DNA of 64,000 nt from Nageia nagi (lineage: Eukaryota > Plantae > Pinophyta). Location: NCBI GenBank assembly GCA_050084985.1, contig JBITNC010000001.1:58838001-58902000 (forward strand), in the 5' to 3' direction. The notes under the pieces are model-generated. The model searched no databases. It worked only from the letters and a program-made list of their open reading frames with translations, and was not told the origin of the DNA. This document shows, one piece after another, positions 12,160 through 26,750 of this stretch (positions are counted from its first letter, which is position 1; every line of letters starts with the position of its first letter). A program made the translations under genes and the position numbers.

Positions 12160-14200
12160 AATGAAATAAATTTTGCATCTTGTGCTTTTTCTTGCAAATT
12201 TGCATATTAACAATGTTAATAGACTTGTAATTTTCCAAGCACTTCTCTCATACCAATGGTATTGATACAATTTAAAATTTTACACATACAAAAGATTAAA
12301 AAAATTATACAACAAAATATCATAAACTGGCTTTTTTTCTTTTAGAATTTGAAACATAGGATAAAGTTGCAAGAATTAACAACTAGATTTACCTAATTAA
12401 CTTTTCCCATATATTGATTTATCATTCCATGTTTTTTAGAAATTATCCTCCTCTTCATCTTGTTATCATACATCTCCTAATATCAAGATGAAGGAACTTT
12501 ATTTTATCATTCATCCTCATTATTCATTTTTTCTTACCATCTACAAATTCATAATGGTATTTTTTTTCTTAATATTTCTAAAGTATAACCAACTATATTT
12601 GCATTCTACACTCTTTTTTTATTTCCCAATTGTAACATATACACATGCATTCAATTGGATATTTTGAGTTATTTTTTGGCTCTACAATTTCAATCAAAGG
12701 ATGTGTTCATACCTAATCATTCTTAAATTTTCTACCCATAGTCTATTTTTTGAAATTCCTAATTATATTTAAGACTTCTTACTAGTAGCATATTCTTGAG
12801 ATCTTGTATCATTATCCTTACTCTTCTTAGTAGATTTTAGTTCATGGGAAATAATGTTTGAATCTGATTCATCGATAATTCATCATTAGAAATGCCTTCT
12901 TCAAATGGTGACATATATCATTAACATGTGTATTTTATTTAAAAAAATTTCTACTTTTAATTCATCAAAAACTATCTAAATTAAAGAGTATAATTTACAA
13001 ATAGTTTAGGATATTAATAAATATTATGTACAATCTACACCCATTGTTGGATGTTCCATTATTTGTAGCTAGTTAAAATATGAAATGATGTTATTTTTTC
13101 TTTGCAAAATAACATCATTTATTACTATTGGTATCAAAATTATAATTAGATGGTATTTTACCTAAAAAAGTATAATTCATAAAAGCATTCATAAAATAGT
13201 GATATATCTATTTTACTATCTACAATAAAGAAAAAATATTTATGTTACATATTGAAGATATATATTATTTGGAATAGTTGAAGAAATGAAGGTTACAAAC
13301 TAATTGTTGTAAGAGAGTATGCAAATAAATATAGATTTAGGGGGTACATCCTAGTTATAGGAATGGAGATTCCAGTCTAATTGCAGGAATAAAGGTTCTT
13401 AGTCTAATTGCAATAATGAAGGTTCTATCCTGATTGCAAAAATGGATGTTCTAGATTGATTGTAGGAATGGATGTTTTGGATTGGTTGTAAAAGTGGAGG
13501 TTCTATTTAGAAGCAATGAACATTTTTGAAAGATTGATATTGTACTAGATTACAAAATCAATATAAAGTGTTAGCTTCCTCTACGATGTGGTGGTATGGA
13601 ATGGGAGTTGGATATGTATATATATAATGGCCTATAAATGACCATTTAGGCAAGACTATATCTATTTTTTATAATTTCAAGGTGAAGTGTGCTAAATAGG
13701 ATTATAATTGAAGGATGATTATTTAAACAATCATAAATACTTATAGAATTGTTGGCTACCAAGCTCAAGAATTTAAAAAAAGTTGCAAAAATTTGGTGTT
13801 AAGGAAAAAAACTACTACATGCTATATCATCCAAATTAAAAATGTAAAATCTTGAAGTATATGTATGATTAGTTAGTTCACGCACTAAAATATTTCTTTA
13901 ATATCATGAAAAGTTAGTGTTTGCATCATAAAGATGCTTCGTATCAATAAGTGTTGCAATAAATGTTGGTTGATAGGCTAGAATTAAATACATGATGAAG
14001 GTTTATAATGTGACCAAGACCAAGATTTGTCCTATGAAGAGTTATTTTTAGGGACTATACTAACAACACAAGGACCATTTCCCTAATAAGCCAAAAAACT
14101 ATGCAATTGATTCCACTCCATTGTAACTTTATCTTTTTTACAATAAATATTTAGCCATATATCATTAAACACTTCTATTTTTTTTAGCAAGAGTGAATTC
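12160..14200 (-). mobile_element. Unclassified decayed coding relic, possibly a DNA transposon
   Basis: Protein-like minus-strand fragments (CKILNCINTIGMREVLGKLQV, NACVYVTIG); no family was firmly recognised. Confidence 0.2.
13349..13508. repeat. Minisatellite, about 26 bp unit, about 6 copies
   Basis: Approximate consensus ATTGCAGGAATGGAGGTTCTAGTCTG. Confidence 0.8.
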
Positions 14201-14279
14201 TATAGCAGGTTAATATTATTTGAAAATAATTATTTTATGACATTTTCAATTATGAAAGTGAAAAATAATTCTAATAATA

Positions 14280-15202
14280 TACTAAGAAAAATGATTGGAC
14301 TTGAAAGGAGGAAAAATTAAAAAAACTTGAGTGAGTCTAGCATGCCTATAAGACAAAACGATATGAAGATAAGACTCAAAGTCATTGCACAAAGAACACC
14401 ATGGCTCATAAATAGCTAAGTTTTGTAGGTAGTCACTAAGAGGTAGAACTTGGTTCATAAGGCTCATGCAAATAAAAGACAACTTGAGTTCAATATAAGG
14501 GGCCCAAATAAAGAGGAACCTTGATTTCAATCATACTTTATGGAAATTAAGTCCCATTTCTCATTGAGTCGAGGAACCATATGAAAATAATAAAAAGATA
14601 TGAATATCCAAGTCAAGATGAATAATTAAGAATTGGAGTTTCCATATGCAAAGACCAATCCTTCCACCAAGGCTTTGAGTTCTCATTCCAATTTTGTGCA
14701 ACATAGAGAAATCAATAAGCTTAATAATATTATTATTAGTTGCTTTATCTGTATTCCTTAGGTTAAACATGTGCTTGAAACTACTATGAGGAATCAATCT
14801 TGACTTTTCTTGGAGAAGAAATGTACAATAATGGTAATGGATCATTAAATAAAATTCATGTATGAACCCATTATACTTTAGCTAAAGGAGTACCCTACAA
14901 ATTAATTATAAAATATAACCAAATATTAAGGAATTAATAGAAATTCATTTATGGAAACTTCATATCTTCTATCTAATCCATGAGGTGATTTGTTGCCATT
15001 TTCATTAAATGCTTCTATTCATAAAGGAATCAAGGATATTCGAAACCATTAATGTAATAAATAACAAATGAAATTTCATCCTTTTCCATGCTCATCTATT
15101 GAGAAAATGTCTAGAAAGATGAAGCATCAAATTAAAATCTTCTAAGCTTCTAATCCTTTTGAGGATCACACTATCCACTTAGCATATATGGTTATAACTT
15201 TT
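14280..15202 (-). mobile_element. L1 LINE (LINE-a), 3' part of ORF2, split by A2
   Basis: Joining 44035 to 15202 gives LPRDSRGISMIDYQGK/VITIYAKWIV*SSKGLEA*KILI, the plant L1 post-RT motif (LPK..GGLG...AKW...G...WK). Confidence 0.75.
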
Positions 15203-15892
15203 TTTTATAACCAAAATAATAATAATTAAGGTTATTTACTATAAATTCAATTTACCCAATTAACCATTAAATAATAGTAAATGATAACATAAAATATGAT
15301 AATGACCTAATTGACCTTGACCTATCAAAATGGATTTACAAAAGAAACAAACCTGTACTTTACTTCTTATAACTAATGAAGGCTGTATTCAATTGAAAGA
15401 GGATGAATGATGAGCTTCACTAAAGAATGGATCTATAAATACAACCTCAACCTAGTGATAGTACTAGGATCCTAGTAGCACCACCTAGTTACCTTTCCAA
15501 ATTGCATCATCTTTTCACTTGATTTCATCATCTCACCTTTGATGAAAAAGGTCATAGGAATGCAAAGCTCATAGTATACACAAATCCAAAAAATGATAGG
15601 TGACCTTAAGAAACACTAATCAAGAATGACATAAGTATGTTGCCACCTATCAAGGATTCAGGATCATGTCATAATTACTTATGCATAACCCCTCCACCTT
15701 TATAGGTAATAGGTCTAGTGTTAAGTCTTCTCCTTAGGCTTATTGTGATATCGTGCTAACCTATTATCATAAAACATAAAGGTATATGACTTTGCACAAT
15801 GATAAGAGCATTTATTTAATAAAATAAATAAATTATTTTGAATACCTAAAAGGGTATTTTAATTAAATTCAAATTTTTTTTAGGTGTTAAAA
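15203..15892 (-). repeat. 3' LTR of A2 (LTR family A, copy 3)
   Basis: Similar to the other family-A LTRs; followed by the reverse complement of the PPT. Confidence 0.88.
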
Positions 15893-16619
15893 AATATCCC
15901 ACTTTGAATATGATTTGATGCTTTTAGGAAATAAGATAATCAAAGCATAAATTTAAAGTATAACAAGAAAAGTAATAATGTACTCCCTAAAAAATTTATC
16001 TCATAGTGGTAGGTTCGGATGACCCAATTTTTCACCTATATTATGACCCTTTTTTAACTTGGTTGCAACATGATGGACCTCTAATCATAGAAGAAATCCA
16101 AGGAAAAGATAAGGAACCTAAAAAGAGCTTAAACAATAAAATATTTTGCACAAGATATCTCAATTATAGAAATTAAACATCATGATATGAAAAGTATGAT
16201 AAGAAATCAAACCTATCCTTGTTGACTTACCCACCAAGAGTTATGAAGATAAATTACCAATATAAACTAATTAGTTTGGTTGCCCATGACACCATGTTAT
16301 CATGTATTGTTTATGTGGATTGTCCTTCCTTATAAAGGCACCAAATGATAAGATTGAAATTTCCTTACAAAGGTGTCATATGATAAGAGTAATAATAGGA
16401 TATGATTTGTTTTTGACAAGTGATATGATTTGACACACATCATTTATTATAAGTAACTTTTATGAAAAGGAAGGTAAGAAAAAGAAACTAATTACCATTT
16501 TACCATGATCATGAAGGAACTAATTTTTTTTTTTTGACATTTTATACCTTTTTAACATAGCAACATCTCTAGGAATACAACTACATCAATGGATTATTAC
16601 TTATTTTTTCCTAAAATTT

Positions 16620-17880
16620 TAGTATCCTAAAATGGTATAATGCATATTTTTATGAAAAATATTAGACATAAAACTTTTCAAATGAATTACATTAATTGGG
16701 TTATGTTCTTCTTTACCTTTGATTGTTGAAAATTTATATGCACCTTTTCCATTATTTGTAATGATAATATAAGGACATCTAGTTAGGTTTGAACTTACCA
16801 TTCTTTTTATTTTCTAAAGCTTTTGTGTTGGCAAGGTTTTCTTTTAAGTTTAGATCACCAAATTTGAACTCTCTAGGCTTGATATTTTTTCTATAGGATT
16901 TTTGGATTCTAGAATAGTAAATACGAAGGTGATCTAGAGCATTGACTCTCTTTTCATCTATAACCTCTAACTGGGATAGTCTATATTTTCTTCTATCCTC
17001 ATTAGGAATGATACCATCTAGTGATACATGTAAAAATGGCATATCTAGTTATAATGGAACTACAAATTCATAACCATATATTAAGGAGGCCTACAAAGTA
17101 TAAAGAAGTTGTTCATGTCAATCTTTACAATCTTTTGCAACAATTTTATATAGGATACTTTTTATGAGTTTGTTATAAGCTTTAGCTTGACCATTTCCTT
17201 GGGGATAATAAGGTGTAGAGAATTTAAGTTCAATATGATATTTATCATAAAACTCATTAATTTAATTATCTCTAAATCTTGTACCATTTCCCATGAAAAA
17301 TTTAGAAGGCACATCATATCTAGAAATGATAAATTTAATAAGAAATTAAACAATCTTACCTCCTTTGTTGACTTCATGGGGATAACCTCCACCCATTTTG
17401 TAAAGTATTATGTAGCTATAATGATAAACTTATGGCCATATCTTGAAATAATTTAACCAATAAAATCAAGTGTCCAAATAGAAAAAGACCAAGGAGAAAT
17501 AATAAAGTGCAATCCATGTGAAGGAGAAGGTTGAAGCTTAGCATTCTTTTAGCATTGCTTACATTTCTTAACATTCAATTCATAATCTTAAAGCATAGTA
17601 GGCCAATAATAACCTAGTCTAAGCAATATTTGATAAATAAATTTAGTACTAAAATGTCCACCACATTCACCATCATGAGCTTGATGAAGGGCCATTTTCT
17701 ACTTCATGCCTCATTAGACATCCAAGGAGAACACCATCAAAAGACCTTATATATAACAAATCACTAATGATGAAATATTTTTTAGCTAGCTTTTTAAGTT
17801 TAATTCTAGCATTATGATCAAAATCAATAGGGACTATTACACCTTTAATATAATAAAAAGTATATTGATACTATTCACAT
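16620..17880 (-). pseudogene. pol: Integrase of A2 (decayed)
   Basis: AHDGECGGHF...LGYYWPTM; EVIPMK; YYPQGNGQ; IDEKRVNALDHLRIY; PREFKFGDL; KFKPN. Confidence 0.85.
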
Positions 17881-17925
17881 ACATTGATAATAGTTGTTGC
17901 ATAACATTGATCTTCAACAAAATAT

Positions 17926-18390
17926 TTAACACACTTGATCATGACATGGCTTACCTATGTTTTTGATTATAAGAATAGTTTTCTTATATTCTATGTTAAT
18001 AAGGGAAATGGAAGCAACACTAGCCATATATTTAGCATACCTATTATTGTCTCTTGGAATGTTGTCAATTTCATACTCACCAAAGTATATGAGAAGACTT
18101 ATCACCATTTCTTTGCATGGATGCAACTTAGCATTTTTCATATTGTATATGTTGGAAACATACTTCATGATTAGTTGAGAATCACCAAATATTTTTATGC
18201 TTTTTACATTTATGAGTATTGTAGCATTCAAACCTAAAATTAGAGCTTCATATTTTGCTATCATGTTGTTAATGCAATCAAAACTTAAATGATAATATAT
18301 AGGGATAACATCACCATGAGGGTTGATTAAGATAATTCTTGCCCTTTCTTTGTGAATGCACTTAGAAACATCAAAGAATATGATACATTC
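17926..18390 (-). pseudogene. pol: Additional (archaeal-type) RNase H of A2
   Basis: IFFDVSK...IILINPHG; AKYEALILGL; IKIFGDSQLI; IPRDNNRYA. Confidence 0.85.
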
Positions 18391-18429
18391 ATTATGTTCT
18401 ATAAAACTAATGAAAACTTGAGGATACCC

Positions 18430-19750
18430 AAACTCTAAAATGGAGAAACAACATTAGAGTGTAGAGATAATGTTAGGATCATGAACAATTTGGCCATCCA
18501 CTTCATCTAGGAACTATTCCTAGGTATTTGACACTTCATTTCTTAGATAATTTGTAATTAAATTTGCTATAGCCTATAATATTTCTAAGCTAGCATTTAC
18601 CCTAATGCACTTAATGCTGTTGAAACATAACATAATAAACTCTTATCTAAATCATAAGGGGTTAATAAAGTCTTTATGTTGTCCAAAGCCTTTTGATGCT
18701 TATCATCCCAAATGAATTTCTCACCTTTTTTTAGCAAATAAGAAAATGGATAAGTAATATCTTCTAATTGAGCAATAAATCTTCTAATGGCTTGAACCTT
18801 TCCTTGAAGGCTTCTCAAATATTTCAAATTCTTAGAAGGCATTAAATCAACAATGTCTAAAACTTTTGTAGGATCTACCTCAATATCTTTTCTCGAACTA
18901 ATGAACCCAAGCAAGTTACCTGATGAGACTATAAATGCACATTTTTGAGGCTTCAATTTTAACTTATACAATTATACTCTCTCATTCTTTGGAATATTTT
19001 TCTCAATTCTAAAATGTGATCATTTTTTGCTATGAAATTTGCTAGAATATCACCAACATACACTTTAACACTGTCACAAATCATATAATGGAACATGCTC
19101 ACTATTTTGTTTTTATAAGTTGCAACTACATTCTTAAAACTAAAAGTCATGACCACCCAATAAAATATGCCTCGAGGAGTAGCAAAATCTATCTTATGTT
19201 GATCCTCATTATTGATCCTTATTTGATTGTATTTGAAAAAATCATCCATAAAAGATAAAATTCCATGACCTACTATTAAATCTATAATTATATTGATATT
19301 AGGCAAAGGAAATACATCTTTAAGACATGCCATGGTGATATCTCTAAAATTTGTACAAAATCTTTTTTCTCCATTAGGCTTAGCTACAAAGATAATGTTA
19401 GAAATACATAGAATAATAAAACTAACAATAAGGTACTTTTAGATTTCCTTTTTAATTACAAGAGCTACCTTAGGATGCATTTTTCTAGGTTTTTATTGGA
19501 CTGGTTTACATTTTCATTGGACTAGTTTTACATTTTCATTGACAACTAGACTATGAGTGATAAAATTAGGATCAAGACCAAGTATATTAGAATAATACCA
19601 AGAAAATACATCATAAAAAAATTTAATAGTAGTTGGTACTTTTCCCTTTCTTCTAAGATTAACCAAGATCTTATTTTGATCAACTTTGGGTCCTCTTGGG
19701 TACCCATGTTTACTTCTACTATTTCTTCACTAAGATAGGATATTTTTTCA
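18430..19750 (-). pseudogene. pol: Reverse transcriptase and truncated RNase H of A2
   Basis: ACLKDVFPLPNI; SFMDDFFKYNQIRI; KVYVGDIL (decayed YVDD); LKLKPQKCAF; LRSLQGKVQAIRRFI. Confidence 0.88.
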
Positions 19751-20999
19751 TTGAGTTTGGAAGGCATAGGAAATACTTCCATTCCTATGTACAAACTCAT
19801 CCATAAGGTACATAGAACATGGAGCAGCAACATTGGGATCCCAATAATTTCCCTCCATTAAATAAGGGAATGATTGATAGTTTAAAGATGAACTAGCTAG
19901 ACCTAGGACTAACTCGATGAAAAATGAAAAAAAGAAAGGAAAATGAGCAAGAGACTAACCTACAATATTTGCATCATCTATGTAAACCTCCTCACCAAAA
20001 TAGACTTGATGTCACATAAGCCAAGTTGCAAGCCTCTTTTCACTAGATTTAGGGAACCCACTTTATGCCTTGTGCCCCTAGCTTCTCATGAATTACATCA
20101 TCATTTTGGAAGATATCCTCTTGAACTAGATCGATATGGGGTAAAAATGGGTCTACATAGTAGGTTTGTAATTGCTCCATAGGATCATGCATCATACTAT
20201 AATGTAACTACTCATAGAAGATGTATCTGGTGTTACCTTGATCACTGTTATTAATATGCTGAATGGTTGGAGTTGATGAGGGTGTGCTAGGTGGGGCTCA
20301 TTAAATCTAATGTCAGTTATTCTCCTTTATTGATATTCAATTGAAATAGGCTCTATGATATGCTACTAATTTTTACCTAATCCTTTTCCATGATATTGAC
20401 ATTTAGGCATATATTGGTTAGTAAAAGTAGAATTGATACTATTGAAATGCATACTTACCTAACTTGATGAATTTTATGAGACAAAGGTAGTATCTTCCAA
20501 GTTTGATATAATTTTTTCCTTATATTCTTGATACAATACATTCAAGTCTTCAATGAGGTCTACATCCTTCTCAAGAATGGAGTGGTGATGCTCAATTTTA
20601 TTTTTAGTTAGGTAGTAGTGCTAGGTTCTAGGAACAGATATAGGAATCCAAGCTCTCTAAATTTTTTTCATATGTCAATCTTTAAGATTTTATATGTACC
20701 CATACTTATCTCTTGAAGAGTGACATTGTTGATAGTAGTGTTTTGCCTAGTTGCTAATCAACTCTTACAAGCAAAAATTAGTATTTTAAGATTTTCAAAT
20801 TGGCTAATATTTGGACCCCTAGAAAGGGGACCATTCACCCTAAATTTATAGCTAATATTAATTTTATGTATCCAATCACAAAAAAATCAACATATGGTAT
20901 GTATATGGTATATATCCACTTATATATTTTATTTTAAAAGGCTATATTTTTACCCAAATTTTGAAACTAATTTGCCATGATTTTTACAAGTTTGTTTTT

Positions 21000-22658
21000 G
21001 CCAATGCTTAGGAATAACCCTAGTTGATAGGTGTTAGTGCATTCTCCTCATATTTGAAAAAATTATAAGGGATCCAAAACCCCTTAACTACTTGACATAT
21101 ATCTGTAGGGTTTTCTTCTGCATGAATAATAATATGTTTATCTTTTTCCATAAATTTAATTAACTGATGCAAGGTGGAAATAAAAGCCCTAAGCTTATGG
21201 ATCCATGGTATACCAAGGAACAAGTTATATAGAAATTTTACTTGAAAAACATAATTTTTTTACTGAATAGTTTTACCTACTACTTCAATAGGCATAGTTC
21301 CATATCCAATGCAATCCTATTTAGTATTATCAAACCCTTTTATGGTAATTGTAATTCTCTTTATTTTTGCAAAAATCAAAGGAAAATATTTTTGCAACAA
21401 TTTAATTGAACAAATATTTACAATAGATTCAGTATAAATCAATGCTTTTTAAACAAGAAACCCATCGACATTAACATGGATATATAGTCCTAAATTATTT
21501 TCAATAACATCCTCTCTAGGAAATTCACTATCTTGAAAGCAAAGCATGCTACAAACTATATTTGTTTCAAGATTATTAACTAATTCTACAAATTTAGTAA
21601 TAGGAATATCTTCATCAACTTCAGTCTTTTTAAGTGCATCAAATAAAACATCTCTATGTTCAATTGGTAATTGTATAAGTTTGAAAATACTTATCTTGGC
21701 ATGATTTACCTTTAGTTTCTCAAGGATTTATTGTGTTTTAAGATTATAAGGGATCTTTGTTCTCTTGGTAGTGGTTGGATTAAAATTCCCTCTCAAATTT
21801 CCTCTCCTAGCGAGACCATAGATTTCCTGGTTGAATATGACATTCACTGTAAGTAGTTTTTCTTCTTCTCAATCAACTACATGGGCCTCATACTATATAT
21901 TTCCATAATGTAATAATTTCCATAATTGTTTCCTTAGGATCATGCAAGAATTCATTTTGTGACATTTAACCTTATGATATTCACAAAATTATGCCTCATT
22001 ATAGCAACTAGGTTTATCATCATGGGGACCTAGTTCTTGTTTTGGATAATGTTTTAGCAATCCCTTTTGTAAATAATATTTGAACATAGTGGTAGGAGCT
22101 AAAGAAAACCTATTATTCTTTTCAAAATTTTTCTTTTCTTAAGTCATTCGTTGCTCTTTGGATGGGGGTTCTTCTGTGGTATGGACCTCATTGTCTTCAT
22201 TTTTTTGATATATTCCTCCCTTTGTTTCTTTAGAAGGGTTATCATATTTAAAATCAACCATATCAACTAAGCATTTCTCCTTTTAGGTAATCATATGCAT
22301 AATTTTATAAATTTGTAGTATCATGTAATCCAAATTTATAAATTTCAACTTAGGGTGCATGTTGTGAACAAACATGGATATGACATGAGACTCAAATAGT
22401 GGTTTAGGAATCATGCTCCATATTTTTTGGAATATTTATATAAATTTATTAAATATTTCAATTGTAATTTAGATAACACTAACTAAATATGAAATTTTCA
22501 TTTTTCTAGGAGTACGATATTTGAAATGGATATAAAATTTTGAGACAAGTTGTGCATAGCAATTAATGAACTTAGTGGGTAAAGAGATGTACTAATTGAG
22601 TGCATCACCTCTAAATGTAGTAGGAAAGTATTTATCTATAAAATTATTATTCAACCTA
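21000..22658 (-). pseudogene. gag: Protease and gag (3' part) of A2
   Basis: ALIYTESIVNICS (decayed D[S/T]G motif); FLGIPWIHKLRAFISTLHQLIKF; KYFPTTFRGDALN; CEYHKVKCHKMNSC knuckle. Confidence 0.75.
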
Positions 22659-23810
22659 TGATGATTGTTCTTAGTGTATATAATTTGTAAGTCAATCCGA
22701 GAAGGAGGCTTATGAAGGATTTGATAATGTATATGCACAATAGGGTTATCTTTGAAAATGCCTAATTAGTTATCTTGAATCCTAGAGGATGTAAAGTGGG
22801 GGTTTTTAGATCCTAGAAGTATTTATAGGATGGAACTAATGTTGGAATGCAATAACTAAAAATGAACAAAAATGGAATTGATAAAACCTAGTTATAATAG
22901 GAAACATGAAATAGTGTTTACAGGGAACCAAAACTATGTTATCAGGAAACTAGAAATAAACAATACAAAAATAACTCTTCAAGGAAAGATGACATAGATT
23001 AAGCAAGAACACACATTATTTTATCTCCATTGGGAATAAACACTACCATAACATAAACATGAATATTCATTAAAATGTAAATGTATAAACTACACTACTA
23101 ACCACTAAAGCATTATCTTTTCAATTCAAGGGGGCCCTTCCTATGAATCTGCAATGAATGATTTAGTGGATAAGAAGAAAGAACTCAAAAAAACTTAAGT
23201 AGAAATATGAATCAAAATAGGACCATTCATTTCATTATAGATATATCTTTTACAAATAGTTACCTATGTTGTCTCTTTTATGTTGTCTCTTTTAGATAAC
23301 ATCGGGAAGGAACAAGAAGTAAAAATATTTGCATCTAGTCTATTTAAAACAATAATGACTCCCTCCATCCATGGAGCACTACTTCAAATACATTAAAAAT
23401 ATTAAATATTCCTCTTTCCTATTAAGTATAAAATAACTACATTTCCTCTATGATTTCATAAATAAGTGATGGCAGAATGCCACTATTCAATCTAGCATTG
23501 AATGTGATCTATGGGTGTGACTACAACTCCAAAATTAGGTATCTCCATTCCTTTAACTCCAAGATATAGGTTGTTATGAATCTGGTATTTTGAAGTCACC
23601 AAAACTTACCAAATTCAACATAAAATGATATGTTCTTCTTTAAAAGCATGCTCGCACATTAATTTGTAGGTTGGTCAAATAAACATAAATGCCTATATTA
23701 ATATTGAATATTCACTTGGATTATGCATAAAATGGAAATATTTAAATGATGTATTAGGGAAATGGAATGGTACCAAAAAGGATAATAACATTTAAATTTA
23801 GGGTATATCA
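22659..23810 (-). repeat. 3' LTR of element C
   Basis: TGATG...TATCA; aligns with 41756-42903. Confidence 0.9.
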
Positions 23811-24649
23811 TTCCCCCAACTAAAGGTGTTGCTTGTCCTTGAGTAATGTACTATTTCCTTTCATCATCTAACAACTCCATTTTCAACTTGCACTTAGTCT
23901 AAAGTCATATCAAGAAGAAAAAGTTGATTGTCATGCTCATGAAATCCTTTTTGTGCTAGCACTCGTTAAAAAATTATCCTCTTTTGGTTTGTCCAAACAT
24001 TCCAACCTTTGTAGTCTTGCTATGGAGTCCATAATGGTAAAGGTATGAACCTTAAGCAAATCCATTTAATCTCTTGCTCATTCAATGCCTATGCATAAAG
24101 ACCTACTTTTTTCCATTACAATCCTTAAGCTATAATAAGAATAAGGTTGTCTTTTTCGAAGTGATGAAGACAAGTCACTCCATCTTTTCTTTGAACCAAA
24201 TTAAACATATTTCATTGATGAGACACAAAATTATTAAAACATTTGAAGTACTTTTTTCTATAGCTTAACATGCTTAGCTATTATTGGTGGTTTTCCCTCT
24301 AAATTAAGCATATCTCTCTTGATTTTGTTAACTAGTTTATGCTCTGGCCTGATTATCAATGGTTAGTTGTATTCTAATTCTTCAAATGCTATCATTTATT
24401 TCCCCTTTCAATCTCATTCATTAATATGAGCACAATACTCAAAGCTAAACATCACCAACTAACAAGTTAATATTAAGTCAGTTACTTTGGGTAACAACCA
24501 ACCATACAAATAAAATTCTAACAATAAATTCTTAGTTTCTTTGTTAAAGTGATCAAACACCTTACCAAAGAAGTTGACATCATCAGTTCTAATTTTATGA
24601 GAAGACTTTAACATATCTAATTTGAAAAATGCACTATTTCTCCCTTACC

Positions 24650-26750
24650 CATAATGCATAAACTCTTGGGGGTGCTCTTCCATATAATAAGTACTAATGA
24701 TGACTCTTATCTCTTCAAATATTTTCTAGATGTTTTATAATTGGATATTCTTGTGATCCTTTTTATCCATCTGATTTTGTGTAAACACCTTAAATTCCTC
24801 AAATTTTGCATTCTATTTGTCAATCTTTTGTTCATATTCCTTCCTCACTTCAATTATTTTCTTTTCATGTTTAGACATAGGAATATAGTGATTTTCATTA
24901 TCAATTAACTCTTCTTTCAAAAGAGAATACTTATCTTAGAGAGGTTTGTTTTCTCTTATTTCTTTTTGTGTTTTCCAATTCTACTTTAGTCTCCTCTAAC
25001 TCCTTACTAACAACTTCTCTTTCTTGATTAGCCTCTTTAATTTTCTTTAAGAAATGTAGTCTTTCAGCTCATGCTTCTAATTCTCTTTGAGATTTTCTTT
25101 ATCCTATAACTTTTGCAATTCATGTTTCAATCTTTCAATTTTGGCAACCTTCTAGCCAATGAAAATACTTAACTCCATATTTCCATTTTTAAGAGCTTCT
25201 AAATCTGAGATATCATTCTTCCCTTTGTAGACTATTTACCCTAAATTTATCTAACTCCATTTAGACTAAACACCCACCCTTAAATAATTTTTGCCTCATT
25301 GTTGCATGAAATTCATTAAATAAAGAACATCTTCACTTCTTACCTCAATGCCAACATCAAGTTCTTCTACATGTTGTCTAGGGCTACCATTATTCCAAAT
25401 GCTATAAGGGCCAAACCTAGTTGGAGTTTGTTCTTTCTCCTTAAGATCAATTTCTTTATGGTTCCCTTCACTTTGTACAAGGCTTTCAATTCTTGGTACT
25501 TCAATTTCATTCCCAAGACTATCATTCTTTGAAGTGGATTCTTTTTTCCTTGAGCTATCTTCATTCTAGTTTGTACTCTATTTAGGACTCTCACTCCTTG
25601 AGTTCTTCTCATTATGATTTTTTACTTATTTAGATTCATATGATTCTTTAGATTACTCTTCCAAATTAATTAGACTTGATTTTCTTAAAGTATCTTTTTC
25701 AATAGAAGCAGATAATCTTTGAGACCTTGTAAATGCTTTATTGTAATTGATTAGGCTTATCTCTTTTTCCCTTTCCTTTGATATTTATCTTGGGATCTAA
25801 CTTTGTTTTTTCATCATATTCAGATGCTTTCCTATAGAATCCATCAACCTTATATACATCCTTAATTTCTTATTAGACTTTTTTAGACTTTTCATTTTCT
25901 TTTCCCTTTTTTTGTTGGCTTTAGTTCTGACTTTCATTTCATCTCTATCTCAGTTTCAAAATTTATAGAACATGAGGGTCCCTTATACTTTACATGGTCC
26001 TCTTCTTGTTCTCTTGAGGTTCATTTTTTGAGGATTTTATTCTTGAATATTTTCCTAGGATCATTTCTATAGTTTTCCTTTCTACTTTCCCTCTTGACTA
26101 CAACTCTAACTCTAAAAATTATTCCCATTGCATAGTAGGGCAAATTTAATTGTAAATTAAACTCTACAATTAACCTAATTAGTCCATGATGAGCTAAGCT
26201 ATTTGCACAAAATTTCTTAAACTCTAGTGACATTACATACAAAGAATTCCTTAGATAGAAAGGAATATTAATATGATAACCATGATGTAGATGAGCCAAT
26301 AGCCTCAGATGGTGTGAAATTACATAAGAAAAGTGTCCTTCACAAGTAAAATAGGAAATGATATGGAATGCTACCTCTCCCCAGTATCTTGGTAGTGAAA
26401 TTCATTTTATTCCTTATTCTCTAAGCTCAATTTTATCTTTTGGCATCTTAAACATCTTCTTGTACTTTGAGGGTTACATTTAAACCATATTTATCCATTT
26501 TATTATAACCTATAGCAATTGTAATGATATCCTTTATGAAATTGATCTACTTTCCTTTTATAACTATATAGTTTGCTTGATAATTTCTAGCAAACTCTTT
26601 TGTAATGTGTAAATCAAACCCATGCAACCTATCTACGAATGTCATCCATCCTATGTTTTTAAATTCTTCAATTGTATTGGGTGAGTTGGAAATGCATGCC
26701 TTGTTAAGAGGTTCATGGCATATGAAGTTTGACATTACAACCCTAAACTT
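24650..26750 (-). pseudogene. Athila extra (env-like) ORF with a charged coiled-coil-like C-terminus; decayed
   Basis: Lies between INT and the 3' LTR on the pol strand. Fragments FKNIGWMTFVDRLHGFDLHITKEFARNY and INIPFYLRNSL...LAHHGLIRLIV. Confidence 0.6.

Noticed and set aside
13349-13508. 26-bp array as CRISPR or iterons
   Set aside because: Head-to-tail degenerate units without unique spacers, in a eukaryotic TE context.
19495-19542. Direct duplication of about 21 bp in A2 pol
   Set aside because: Real but trivial post-insertion slippage.
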